Shown: piece by piece, positions 1 through 10,376 of the stretch
How positions within the stretch are numbered: position 1 is the first letter of the stretch
Layout of the letters: every line of letters begins with the position of its first letter
Source: a virus
Taxonomy: Duplodnaviria; Caudoviricetes
Virus record (IMG/VR): IMGVR_UViG_3300050343_000013
Span: 1-57,558 of that record
Length of the DNA stretch: 57,558 nucleotides
Direction: 5' to 3' (one strand)
Made by a program: the position numbers and the translations under genes
Notes under the pieces: model-generated
The model's input: the letters and a program-made list of their open reading frames with translations, nothing else
Told to the model about the DNA's origin: nothing
Database searches by the model: none

Positions 1-2242
1 CTTTTACTGCAGTTGCACCACCCTCTTTAACAGCTTCATCTAAGTCTGCATAAGCTTTTCCATATTTTAAACTCATATCTACGTATCCTTAATTAATTTT
101 TACTACGAAAAGTTAGGGAGAAAACTAAAACCACCGCCTTCAGAATCAGGAAATAAAAACCTCATTGCAAGCTCTGTGTCATTTGCATCTTTTTTAGCCT
201 CTAACTGCATTCTTACAGACTCTAAAGACTTATCACCCATTACAATTTGTAATGCTCTATCTGCAGCAGACTGACTGGCTACAAAAGCATTACTCATTAT
301 ATCACGTTCTCTCTGCCATATCTCATCTAAATTCTTAGCTGATAAAGCATTTATAGTTTTAGCAAAATCCATGTTACTCTCGTTTTGAGCACTGGTATTT
401 AAAGTAGCTATGTTTTGCCTCCACTTAGCATTAGCTTGAGCTATTACTAAACCATTTTGAGCATTAAACAAATCTCTTTGATTCTGCATTTCAGAGTTAA
501 ATTTCCTCAAAGAGTTAACATTGTTTAAGTTAAACTGATCCATAGCATTTGACTGAGAAGCATTAAACTGTGACACTATAGAAGACAAGTTAGAAAAGAA
601 CTGATTTCTCTGATTTTCACTCTGTGCATTAAACTGTTCTGCAGCATTCTCAGCAGCTGAGTCAGTTAATATTGAAGCTATATTCTGCTGAGTCTTAAAT
701 ATCTCAGTCTGCTGTCTATTATTTAAGTTAGCCATATCCATCTGCAAAAAGTTTTGTGCGTTCTGAACTTGAGCTTGTTGTAAGTTACCTAGACTTGCCA
801 TATCTAAGTTAGCTAGTGCAGCAGCTTCAGATAATAGTAGTGCCTGTCTGTTACTTAGGTTAGCAAGATCCATAGTGTTTGCAGCTCTTGAGTTCTCTAA
901 TGCAATCTGTTGATCTGCATTAAAGTTTAAATTAGCTATCTCAGATACTCTTGCTGCATTTACAACCTTGCGCTGAAAAGCTTGATCAAAGTCTATTTGT
1001 AAAAACTTAGCTCTTTGTTCAGCTTTAAACAAAGCTACCTGTTGTTTGTTACCTGCATCAATTTGTGCGATAGGTAGTGCAGCTTCCATTGCAGCTTGTA
1101 CAATAGCTTGACCTGCCATAGAAGAAGCACCAAGTCCTCTTTCTGCCATTACAGCCGTAGCTCTACGCATAGATCCTGCAGCCCATGCAGGAGTTTGACC
1201 ATCATCAAACTGAGACATAAGACTTGCTAGCTCATCTTGTACAGATGCAGCTTGAACTTCACCAGTACCAAAAGCTTGACCTACTCTAGTTTGATCAACA
1301 CCAGTACCTGCTACTACTTCACCACTTTCTCCTGTGGTTGTATCTAGAGTTCTTGTGGGAACTCCTGCTTGTCCTGCAACACCTTGAACTGTTTGAGCTG
1401 TACTAGTTGCAGCACCTAAATCTGAAACAGAACTTGTATCCTGAGTTTGACCAGTAATACCTTGTGTCAAAGTTCCTAGAGTTTGAGCTGTTAAAGAATC
1501 AGTTTGTGTTTTTACATCTGGTTGAGTTGCAGTTGTAGAAGCAGTCTGTACATTAGGTAAGATAGGCTGACCTGCTACAGAAGTTGTACCTGCAGTAGCA
1601 GCTTCAGCAAAGGGTGCTTGAGGTACAGTCATACCTGCATCTACAGGTATAAAGTCATATGCGTTGGGTATTATACCAGAAACTCCAGCTTGTATTGGCT
1701 GCATAGTCTGAGTAATAAGACCTTGCTGCATAGCTTTAAATTGATCTTGATTTACACCTGCAGGAGAAGGTGGTGGTGGTGGTGGTGTCTGAGTTTGTGA
1801 TCCAGTGTCTGTAACTTCCCAAGAGGTTCCGTTGTAAGTAGATGTATAACCTGTTATAGGATCATAAAATGTATCTCCTGCTTTATGTGGACCTGGACCC
1901 GGTGAAGAATAAGCAGGAATACCACCAAAAGATGGTTCTCCCGATCCACCTGCAGCTTTCATCATAAGTTCTTCTTGTGGATTTACATATGCAAGTCTGT
2001 GAGGTTGTCCATTTATAGTAGCTGCGTTAGGAACTACGTTAGGATTTTGTTTACCCATTGCAGATCTATACATACCCATACGAGAGGATGCACCTGGATT
2101 TGAGGCTAAGAATCCTTCTAGCTCACTAGGTGATCCTTCAAAACCTAAGAATCTTTTAGCTAGTATAGTATCTCTATCTATATCACCACCTGCAGCTACA
2201 CCAGTTATACTTTTATCTACTGACGTTGCTTGAGTAGAAGCT
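1..2242. repeat. Terminal direct repeat, left copy
   Basis: cttttactgcagttgcacc at 1 recurs at 55282, and the window end (gttgcttgagtagaagct) matches 2225-2242. The repeat begins and ends inside genes. Confidence 0.97.
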
Positions 2243-3399
2243 GAAGATTTAGCAAACTTTCTAACAAATCCTGGAGGTACATACGTAACAGGTTGACCAT
2301 TAAACTCAGTTACCATTATCTCTTGAGTAGTCTGTTTATTTACGTATGGATGTTGCTCATAACCTGCCTGTATATTTTGACCAGTTCCAGGAGCAGTTGC
2401 AACAGTACCTTGCGGTACAGCACCTTGAGTACCTGCATACTGTGTTTTGTACATTATAGATCCAGGCACTGCAGACATTCCTGCAGTTGATGCAGGTTGT
2501 GTAAATGTACCAGTAACATTTGCTTGTGGTGATACATTACCTCCAACGTAACCTGTTGTAGGAGATGTAATAGAACCTGGAGTTCCAGTAGATTGAGTAA
2601 CATTGTAATTACCAGGAGTAACACCTTGATAATTAACACCACCAACAGTTTGATTTACTGTCTGAGAAACATTAGGGTCTATTGGGGCAACTTCACCTGC
2701 ACCTATATTTATTACATCAGTGGGAGGAGTTACAGGTGTAAAATCTGCACCTGAAAAAGTAGAATCTAAATCAATGGTTCCGTCTTGATTACCATCTACT
2801 GTAGAACCAAATCCTACTCCATCATCTATGAAGGTTACGTCATCATCTTTAGTGATGTCATCATCTTTTTCAATTGTAGAAATATAATTTTTATTTATAT
2901 TTATAAGTTCGTCAGCTAGTTGTTTAGCATTTGCTAACTCTTGTGTGTTACTGCCTATTCTACCCCCAACAGTTCCTATAGAATTACCTGCGCTGTCAGT
3001 TAAAGTTACTGTAGAACCTTTATCATATCTAAAAGCACCACCACCTGTATCTGCATTTATATTATCATCTGTATAACTTATGGCTTCTGTAGTATTTGCA
3101 GCAGCATCTGCAGCAGCTTTAAAAGAATCAAACTCTAGCCCAACCATAGTGGAGTTTTGTCTTCTTCTCCAAGCACCGCCTCGTTTAACTCTTTTGCCGT
3201 TTACTGTTTTTTTACTGTCTCTTACACCCTCAGTTGCATTTAATACAGTTTTAGAGGTAGTACCGTCTTCATTAGTAACTGTTTTGACAATACCAGTAGC
3301 GTAAGTTCCTGCTACAGCTTCATAAGTTGTACCATCGGGTGCAGTAAAAGAGTCAACAACTGTGCCTCCATTTATTAAATAGTCTTCATTTACAGCCAT
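103..3399 (-). CDS. Large internal virion (ejection) protein
   Basis: 1098 aa with a Gln/Asn/Ala-rich coiled-coil C-terminal half and a conserved-looking LAYVNPQEELMMKAAGGSG segment. Lies after the tail genes and before the other large virion genes. Confidence 0.7.
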   Translation of the reverse strand: MAVNEDYLINGGTVVDSFTAPDGTTYEAVAGTYATGIVKTVTNEDGTTSKTVLNATEGVRDSKKTVNGKRVKRGGAWRRRQNSTMVGLEFDSFKAAADAAANTTEAISYTDDNINADTGGGAFRYDKGSTVTLTDSAGNSIGTVGGRIGSNTQELANAKQLADELININKNYISTIEKDDDITKDDDVTFIDDGVGFGSTVDGNQDGTIDLDSTFSGADFTPVTPPTDVINIGAGEVAPIDPNVSQTVNQTVGGVNYQGVTPGNYNVTQSTGTPGSITSPTTGYVGGNVSPQANVTGTFTQPASTAGMSAVPGSIMYKTQYAGTQGAVPQGTVATAPGTGQNIQAGYEQHPYVNKQTTQEIMVTEFNGQPVTYVPPGFVRKFAKSSASTQATSVDKSITGVAAGGDIDRDTILAKRFLGFEGSPSELEGFLASNPGASSRMGMYRSAMGKQNPNVVPNAATINGQPHRLAYVNPQEELMMKAAGGSGEPSFGGIPAYSSPGPGPHKAGDTFYDPITGYTSTYNGTSWEVTDTGSQTQTPPPPPPSPAGVNQDQFKAMQQGLITQTMQPIQAGVSGIIPNAYDFIPVDAGMTVPQAPFAEAATAGTTSVAGQPILPNVQTASTTATQPDVKTQTDSLTAQTLGTLTQGITGQTQDTSSVSDLGAATSTAQTVQGVAGQAGVPTRTLDTTTGESGEVVAGTGVDQTRVGQAFGTGEVQAASVQDELASLMSQFDDGQTPAWAAGSMRRATAVMAERGLGASSMAGQAIVQAAMEAALPIAQIDAGNKQQVALFKAEQRAKFLQIDFDQAFQRKVVNAARVSEIANLNFNADQQIALENSRAANTMDLANLSNRQALLLSEAAALANLDMASLGNLQQAQVQNAQNFLQMDMANLNNRQQTEIFKTQQNIASILTDSAAENAAEQFNAQSENQRNQFFSNLSSIVSQFNASQSNAMDQFNLNNVNSLRKFNSEMQNQRDLFNAQNGLVIAQANAKWRQNIATLNTSAQNESNMDFAKTINALSAKNLDEIWQRERDIMSNAFVASQSAADRALQIVMGDKSLESVRMQLEAKKDANDTELAMRFLFPDSEGGGFSFLPNFS

Positions 3400-3410
3400 A
3401 TTTTAATTCC

Positions 3411-3665
3411 TTACTTTCCCATTGTCATCCACACTGCACCTGCAATAAACGTCAGCAGTGCGACAGTGGTTACTTTAACTACAGTTGACCAGACAGACTT
3501 ACGTGTGTCACGCCATGCCTCTAGCAAACTTCTCATCTCTATAATATCTCTGGCAGCATCATCGTCAAGTAGCCCGATAGAACGTAGTGCCTCTTTAGCA
3601 CCACGCCTAGCTGCGTTGTCTAGCATTGTCTCTATCTCTTCTGGGGTAAGCTTGATGTCACTCAT
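3411..3665 (-). CDS. DUF6127-like small membrane protein (holin-like)
   Basis: AARRGAKEALRSIGL...DIIEMRSLLEAWRD motif and a single C-terminal TM helix. Confidence 0.6.
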   Translation of the reverse strand: MSDIKLTPEEIETMLDNAARRGAKEALRSIGLLDDDAARDIIEMRSLLEAWRDTRKSVWSTVVKVTTVALLTFIAGAVWMTMGK

Positions 3666-3673
3666 TTTTATCT

Positions 3674-5227
3674 CTATAACTTATTCAATTGATAATCTGT
3701 ACTACCAATGCTTGTTGACGTACTATGTGTTACATGTAAAACGTCCCAACTATTTGAATATCCATCTGCCAGACCAGCAGCAAATCTATCTCCCGAACCT
3801 GCACTAGCAAGATTGTATTGAACATTACTTGTAACCGCATTAAAATTATTTCTTTCGGTTATTACAAAATCGCCAAAATCGCCAACCGTAGTTCCATCAT
3901 TATTTACTTTTATTAGAAAAGGTTTGACTCTTTTTACGCTACCTGACACCACTTCTCTTGCACTGGTAGCAATATAAACATTATCGTTACTGTCTACAGC
4001 TATGCCATTTCTTATTTGACCACTATTAAAATTTCCTGCTCTAGTAAAAGTCTGACCAGATTGAAGGTTGTTGTTTGTATCCCACTTTAATTCGTGACAC
4101 CATGACCCATTTCCATTAGCTAAAATTTTACCAAAAACAAGGTGTGAACTCTGGCCTGAACTTGCTCCTTCACCAACAAAAAATATGTTGCCATTACTGT
4201 CAATAGCATTTCTAGCACCAGAAAACTTACCTGCATTACCATTTAAATCTTGGAGTGCAGAAAGCTTATATTTTTTAATCCATTGAAGTGCGCCATTAGA
4301 GGCAGCTACTTTAACTATTCCAATAGATTGTGAGCTATCACCACTCGTGTTAAAGTTTCCAAGATCCGCAACTCCATATAGATAAGTACTACCATCGTAA
4401 GCAAGGTCTCTCAAAAATAGACTGTAAAAATGACCATTACCAAAGTCCATATTTGCTTTCCACTCTATATTTTGATCGTTTGTGGCAGTAGAGGTATAGT
4501 CAGTATCTATAACACCAATTTGGCTAGAACTACCATTATTGGCATCTTTAGCATAACACATAGCTAATTTATCGTTTGCAATACTTACAAGGGAAGGCAT
4601 AGAAGAACCGCCAAACAACTGTAGATGACTTCCTTCAGAGCTAGATTTGCTAACGTTAGCTACTTTATATTGAAAATTATAGCCACTACCATCTGTAAAA
4701 GCATTAGGCCAATACATTCTGTCATCGTTACCTAAAGCAGAACTACAAAAAGTGCTGTCAGAGTCAGCAGTTGCGTTTCTATCACTCCACTCGAAACTGC
4801 TATCTACTCCATAAGACATTCTGTTGCTAGTAGACATTGCAGTTGTTAAATCTTTATTTAAAACTGTACTGCCCCATCTTCTATAACCTGTATTGCTATT
4901 ATTTGTACCTCCTATTTCCATAGGAAACACTACGTTCACTCTGTCGGATGAATTGATAGCTAATCCAACACCAGACTCTTGTCTGAAACTACTACCAGAA
5001 TTACTAATTTGTCTGGTATTTTGTACAGCACCATTAGTGTTAAAGGAAATGAGAATTGTTTTAGTATTATTCTGATTACCTGCACAAATAATAGTATCAT
5101 CTGAAGCTATAACAACATCATTAAAACAAGTATCTTCATCAGTATCATATGGATGTGGATCGTATACAAAGTACCACCCTAGTGATGCACCTGCTGCACC
5201 TAGAAGTTGCATCATAATTCCTGACAT
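3674..5227 (-). CDS. Tail/receptor-binding protein, beta-propeller-like
   Basis: Likely start MSGIMMQLLG at 5227 (TAATG overlap). Repeated (A/V)DS(N/S)(G/D)N(I/V)(F/Y) blade motifs. Confidence 0.65.
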   Translation of the reverse strand: MSGIMMQLLGAAGASLGWYFVYDPHPYDTDEDTCFNDVVIASDDTIICAGNQNNTKTILISFNTNGAVQNTRQISNSGSSFRQESGVGLAINSSDRVNVVFPMEIGGTNNSNTGYRRWGSTVLNKDLTTAMSTSNRMSYGVDSSFEWSDRNATADSDSTFCSSALGNDDRMYWPNAFTDGSGYNFQYKVANVSKSSSEGSHLQLFGGSSMPSLVSIANDKLAMCYAKDANNGSSSQIGVIDTDYTSTATNDQNIEWKANMDFGNGHFYSLFLRDLAYDGSTYLYGVADLGNFNTSGDSSQSIGIVKVAASNGALQWIKKYKLSALQDLNGNAGKFSGARNAIDSNGNIFFVGEGASSGQSSHLVFGKILANGNGSWCHELKWDTNNNLQSGQTFTRAGNFNSGQIRNGIAVDSNDNVYIATSAREVVSGSVKRVKPFLIKVNNDGTTVGDFGDFVITERNNFNAVTSNVQYNLASAGSGDRFAAGLADGYSNSWDVLHVTHSTSTSIGSTDYQLNKL

Positions 5228-6278
5228 TAGCTTACATTTCCTGATACTACGCAGACAGTTCCGCTTATAAATAAAATTGTACAAACTCCTCTAGAAGCAA
5301 GCGTCAGACTGTTTACATCTCCGTCTGTTCCTGCAAGATACGCTGTTGAAATAGATAGGGTTATAGTACGATCACCTGATGTATTGTTGAATATAGAAAT
5401 TGCATCTCCTGCTGCAAAGGTACTGTTAGGAACAGTTACTGATCCACTTGATCCAATGCCGATAAAGTTTCCTACATCACCAACAACCAAAGTATAACTA
5501 GATGTTTTATCAGAACCAGATTGAGGAATAGCTCTTACTTTACCATCACCATCACTTACAGTACCACTAAAAGTTGGAGATGCAACAGGGGCTTTTGCGT
5601 TTAATTGTGTTTGTATTGCGGATGTTACACCATCTACATAATTAAGTTCAGCAGTTGTAGCAGTAACACCATCTAACAAATTTAATTCTGCTGCAGTAGA
5701 TGTAACCCATCTAGTATGTTTAGCTCCGCTGCTGTTGATGTAACCCCATCTAGTATGTTAAGTTCTGCTGCTGTAGAGCTTATAGCAACACCACCAATTT
5801 GTAAAGCTGTAGAAGCGTTAATGGTAGGTGCAGTTGCAGTACCTGTAAATGTAGGATCAGCAGTAGGAGCTTTTGCTGTTACAGAGTTTATGTCAGATGC
5901 ACTAACTGTTACACCGTCCATCTTGTTTAGCTCTGCAGCCGTAGCTGTTATTGCTGCACCACCTATCTGTAAGGCTGTTGAGGCATTGATTGTAGGGGCA
6001 GCTAGAGTTCCAGTAAACGTTGGACCTGCTACAGGAGCTTTGGTGTCCATCTGTGTCTGCACATTAGATGTAACACCATCGACATAGTTAAGCTCTGCAG
6101 TGGTAGCAGTGACGCCATCCATCAGGTTCAACTCTGCTGCAGTTGCTGTTACTCCATCTAATATGTTTATCTCTGCTGCAGTAGACGTAACACCTGTCAA
6201 TTCAGCAGGAGCTACTGCACCGTCAGCAAGTATATTTCCAGTAGCAACTACGTTTGCTAAATCTCTAGGTTTACCCAT
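5227..6278 (-). CDS. Tail fiber protein (frameshifted near 5680-5710)
   Basis: ORFs 5682-6278 and 5227-5679 share TATTAELNxxDGV repeats and join across an indel in the repeat region. Confidence 0.7.
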
Positions 6279-6297
6279 ATTGTCTATCCTCTATTTA

Positions 6298-6795
6298 TTA
6301 CGGCTTTGTAGGCCAGTCAGCATCTTCCAAATTAGGCCAGTTCTTATGCGTTGGCAAATCACGTAGAGCCTGTCTGTAGGTCTTCATGTTGTCTGCCATA
6401 GTAACATCCGACATAGCAGTCCAATCTGTCTCAGCTAGTTTGCTGTCTCGTGTACTACGATGATCTGCTGCAGTGTTAGCATCTAGTGTAGCCTGATAAG
6501 CTTTCTCGTGGTCTGCTTTCGTAGTTGTCTTACCATCTACAGTAGTATCAGCAAACATTTCTTTAGCTACGTACTTCTCAACCCAGTTGCCTTTGCTGTC
6601 TTGCTCTACACCATCACGTACACTTGTTTGATATGCACTAGTTGTAGCAGCAGGGCTTGCTAGTACTGGGTCAATGTTCATTGCGTCACAGACATTACTG
6701 TTCCACACTTTTGGAAGAGACATATTTTTAAAGGCTGCTCTCCACTCGCCTTGTGTTTTAACTTCACCTGTTTTTCTTTCACGATATTCTGACAT
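6298..6795 (-). CDS. Tail fiber assembly chaperone-like protein
   Basis: C-terminal RSTRDSKLAETDWT...YRQALRDLP...WPTKP motif typical of phage tail assembly chaperones. Confidence 0.75.
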   Translation of the reverse strand: MSEYRERKTGEVKTQGEWRAAFKNMSLPKVWNSNVCDAMNIDPVLASPAATTSAYQTSVRDGVEQDSKGNWVEKYVAKEMFADTTVDGKTTTKADHEKAYQATLDANTAADHRSTRDSKLAETDWTAMSDVTMADNMKTYRQALRDLPTHKNWPNLEDADWPTKP

Positions 6796-6822
6796 TAGTT
6801 GATTCTCCTTTCGTCAGTTGAT

Positions 6823-8775
6823 TTATGCGACTGCGTAAAAAATCCATCTACTACCACTACCATTTGCCCAACTGTTTACTATAAAACCACTATTGTTTGG
6901 TTCTACAAGGTTTTGGTTTCTAGTTTGTGCACTTGCATTAGTAAGCATAAAAAATCCATCGGCTGAACCTTCTGCAATACCTTGCATCGTATCAAAAAGA
7001 TACCATTCGTCAGCCGAATCTGCTCTTTTTAATATAATAAATCTAGCACCTGCACTAAAACCACAATCAATAGTTTGAGTAGAACTGCCGTTACCACTAT
7101 AGCTTCCTACTTTAGATACACCTGATGCAGTAGCAAAAAGATAGGCTACGTAGGTTTGACTTGATTGATTTACTGTATTATCAGTACCTACAGTAAAAAC
7201 TGATGACGTTGGTGAAGTATCATTAAAACTATGTTCAAAATTAGCTTCTGCGGCATCTTGGTTTAATTCTAAATGATAATCTTCTGGATCAGTACCATTG
7301 TTTAAACCTTTATGATACACTTGCCAATTATTTGAAGCACTTCGGTGTTTTATCCACATCATCTCAGGTACTGCACCAAGGCCGTGAGTTACTGTTCTTG
7401 CGCTTCCTGTGCCGTTATAAGCAACTATATCCAAATATGAGGGAGCACACTTCCAATTCCAAGTAATAACATCAGCTTGAGTACCCCACCAACCAGCTTT
7501 TAAATCAATAAAATTAGTTCCAAAATTCCAATAATTATTAGACCCTGATGCTGCAGCATCATTTAGGTGAGTCCTAAAATAATCTTTCTGTGTTAATCTT
7601 GTAATTACATATTTATTAGTACTACTATTTGTATCAAAACCTTCAGTATTAATATTTAAATCTGGAGAAAAACCTAGATCATGAATGTTAGTACCTGCTG
7701 AGTTAGAGGCTGCTGAAATATCTATTGCAAAAACCTTAGTAGCATCTTCTGGTACAGCTATTGGGCCTCTGCGTATTGCCATATACAAATAAGATCGACC
7801 ATTACCATTAGTTTTATCGTCACTAGTCATTGGCCTAAAACCATTTGATTCAACCTGTGCAATATTGTGATTTAACTCAGCAGCATTAGTATTAGCTTTT
7901 AAATGGTTTTCATTATATCCAGTATGCAAACCTCTTTCAGTATCTATTATATGCCAACCTTCTGAATTTAAATTTGTATTTTTAATCATTATCCATTGAG
8001 GCTGAAATCCTAAGTTTTGCAATGCTCCAGTATCGTTTCCATCGCCAGTATAAGTTCCAACTTTAATAACATCTTGGTCAGAATCAGGACCAAATGTTCC
8101 GTCACTATTATTATGTGCAAAAATATAAGCTACGTAAGTTTCACCTGTAGCATTTTCATTATTACCACCCCCAGTAAGTGTAAATTGAGTAGTTGTTGCA
8201 TTGTTGTAAAATGTAGTTCCAGTAGAACCTGCTTCACCATCTGTTAAATTTAATTGCATGTAGCCACTTACACCTCTGGTCAACACAAGCCAATTATAGC
8301 TACTTGATGTGCATTTAATCATAATCATACCAATATTAGTACCTAAATTATGACTGAGTGTTCTAGTGCTTCCTGTACCTGTGTAAGTAACAACGTCAAA
8401 AAAATGAGGGGCTTTTCTAAATGTCCAACTGATGTATTCAGCACTACTAGCATTAACCATATCATCTGTGCCAAGTGAAAATCCATTGGAGTTAAATGCA
8501 GTTATTGTTTGTGCTTCTGTACTTTGAGAACTATCGCCATTTGACCTAATATGTTTTGTTGCACCTCTTACTGTATCTTGTAAAGTATGATTGGCAGAAC
8601 CATCACTTTTTTTAGCCCAAACCAACCCACCTTCGCCACTTAGGTCAATGTTATTAGTTATTGTTTTTGCAGAACCAGTTCCTACATACTTAAACGTACT
8701 GTAGACTTCGTCTATATCAAGTCCTGCACCACCAACACCAGAGGCTGCTGCTGCTACTATTTTACTTACTGACAT
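6823..8775 (-). CDS. Tail fiber/receptor-binding protein with an internally duplicated domain
   Basis: Repeated (F/L)D(V/I)V(T/A)YxGTGSxRTxxHxLG and P(Q/E)xxxIK modules typical of marine phage tail fibres. Confidence 0.7.
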   Translation of the reverse strand: MSVSKIVAAAASGVGGAGLDIDEVYSTFKYVGTGSAKTITNNIDLSGEGGLVWAKKSDGSANHTLQDTVRGATKHIRSNGDSSQSTEAQTITAFNSNGFSLGTDDMVNASSAEYISWTFRKAPHFFDVVTYTGTGSTRTLSHNLGTNIGMIMIKCTSSSYNWLVLTRGVSGYMQLNLTDGEAGSTGTTFYNNATTTQFTLTGGGNNENATGETYVAYIFAHNNSDGTFGPDSDQDVIKVGTYTGDGNDTGALQNLGFQPQWIMIKNTNLNSEGWHIIDTERGLHTGYNENHLKANTNAAELNHNIAQVESNGFRPMTSDDKTNGNGRSYLYMAIRRGPIAVPEDATKVFAIDISAASNSAGTNIHDLGFSPDLNINTEGFDTNSSTNKYVITRLTQKDYFRTHLNDAAASGSNNYWNFGTNFIDLKAGWWGTQADVITWNWKCAPSYLDIVAYNGTGSARTVTHGLGAVPEMMWIKHRSASNNWQVYHKGLNNGTDPEDYHLELNQDAAEANFEHSFNDTSPTSSVFTVGTDNTVNQSSQTYVAYLFATASGVSKVGSYSGNGSSTQTIDCGFSAGARFIILKRADSADEWYLFDTMQGIAEGSADGFFMLTNASAQTRNQNLVEPNNSGFIVNSWANGSGSRWIFYAVA

Positions 8776-8779
8776 ACTA

Positions 8780-10021
8780 TTATCCCATTGCCTGTCCTAG
8801 AGTGAAGCCGTAGTAGTTACTGCCCCCATCCACTGTAATAAACGCAAATACGTCAATTCCTGCATTTGTAGCAGTTATCGTAGGTGCTGTTGCTGCTGCC
8901 CAGTCTACAGTTCCAGGCCAAGTGATTGTTCTTGCAGAACTGTCTTGCACTACCTTCAAGATAAATGCACTGGCTCTGCCACTGGCAGCAGGGTTGCTAA
9001 ACGTGTAGGTTACATTCTCAGATAAGGTATGTGTAAACACGTTGCCATCTCGTAGGTTAATCGTGGCTGCGTTGGAGCTAGAGGTTACCACTGTGCTTTC
9101 CTCTGTCGTGCCGTTGTCAAAACTTACAACACCGTTAGCATCTGCTGTTACAGCTTTAGATGCTGCTGTTAATCCTAGTGTTGCAATATCTAAGTAATTT
9201 AACTCAGCCGTAGTTGCTGTCACACCATCAAGTAGATTTAACTCTGTTGCTGTGGCAGTAACTCCATCAAGTATGTTTAATTCAGCAGCAGTAGATGTTA
9301 CACCATCAAGTATGTTTAATTCGGCTGCTGTAGAAGTTACACCGTCTAAGATATTTAGTTCAGCAGCGGTTGAAGTAACACCGTCAAGTATATTTAACTC
9401 TGCTGCTGTTGATGTAACACTAAGATCACTTAGACTAGAAACTGTAGCTCTTACGTCAACCTCTCCACCCATACCACTATGGCTAGAACAGTAGTAGTAT
9501 AAAGTATCTGGAGCATCTTGCTCTAGTTTAACCTGTGTGTAAGCTCCTGCAGAACCTGGAGTTCCTACTGCTGTTACACCTGTAGTAAATGCACTACCAC
9601 CACCATGTGTACCGTTTGAGGTTGTACTTAGTAGTAGTGGGTGTCCTGAGTTGCTGCTATCTGACTGATCAAACCTGTATGTTACTGAGGGTGTAAGTAA
9701 ACCTAGTTGCTGTACTGTTCCATCAAGAGCATACTTGTTACCGCCAGAGTCAACTACAGTAACTGCAATTGTTGCGTAAGGTTGTTTAGCATCTATCTGA
9801 GTTTGTACATTTGATGTTACACCATCAACATAATTTAATTCAGCAGTTGTGGCTGTTACACCGTCAAGTAAGTTTAACTCTGTGTTAGTTGATGTAACAC
9901 CGTCAAGTTTACTTATCGCAATGGCTGCACTTGCGTTAATGTCAGCATTAAGTATAGTACCGTCTGTAATATTAGTACTAGTGACATTAGTTGGTGCAGG
10001 TTGATTTCCTATATATGGCAT
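8780..10021 (-). CDS. Tail fiber protein
   Basis: MPYIGN start, a LYYYCSSHSGMG cupredoxin-like insert, 13-aa repeats, and a C-terminal TITWP...GFTLGQAM domain. Confidence 0.75.
   Translation of the reverse strand: MPYIGNQPAPTNVTSTNITDGTILNADINASAAIAISKLDGVTSTNTELNLLDGVTATTAELNYVDGVTSNVQTQIDAKQPYATIAVTVVDSGGNKYALDGTVQQLGLLTPSVTYRFDQSDSSNSGHPLLLSTTSNGTHGGGSAFTTGVTAVGTPGSAGAYTQVKLEQDAPDTLYYYCSSHSGMGGEVDVRATVSSLSDLSVTSTAAELNILDGVTSTAAELNILDGVTSTAAELNILDGVTSTAAELNILDGVTATATELNLLDGVTATTAELNYLDIATLGLTAASKAVTADANGVVSFDNGTTEESTVVTSSSNAATINLRDGNVFTHTLSENVTYTFSNPAASGRASAFILKVVQDSSARTITWPGTVDWAAATAPTITATNAGIDVFAFITVDGGSNYYGFTLGQAMG
9195..9420 (-). repeat. 39-bp coding tandem repeat (TSTAAELNILDGV, ~6 copies)
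   Basis: Units are diverged at synonymous sites. Related units occur at 5630-6200 and 9820-9910. Confidence 0.9.
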
Positions 10022-10033
10022 CTATTCTCTCCC

Positions 10034-10366
10034 TTACGTCTGCTCTAGTACAGAGACTATAGCGTCTGCACTTGAAGCTGTGTTACTTGTAACCTTCAGT
10101 ATGTCAGTAGTTTCTAGCACTACTTTCTGATCACCGCCTATTGGAACTAATGCTCCCCCTACTGGAATAGTAGCTGCCTTTACTAGAAAGACACTAGCAG
10201 AAGCAGAACTGTCAGTTACTACTACATCTACTGTAATAGCAGATGAGTGTCTGTTTGCTACAGTCATGCCTATAACTGTTGATGTTGTTGCAGAAGGTAC
10301 AGTATAAACACTTGTCTGTGATGTGCCTATTGCTGAACTAACTGCGTTCTTAAAAGTGTTAGCCAT
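10034..10366 (-). CDS. Small beta-rich virion/tail protein
   Basis: MANTFKN...YTVPS...KVVLETTDILKV...SVLEQT, a widespread tail-associated family. Confidence 0.65.
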   Translation of the reverse strand: MANTFKNAVSSAIGTSQTSVYTVPSATTSTVIGMTVANRHSSAITVDVVVTDSSASASVFLVKAATIPVGGALVPIGGDQKVVLETTDILKVTSNTASSADAIVSVLEQT

Positions 10367-10376
10367 TTTTTAATCC

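Noticed and set aside
9195-9420. Regular 39-bp repeats as a CRISPR array
   Set aside because: They are tandem in-frame coding repeats with synonymous variation and no unique spacers.
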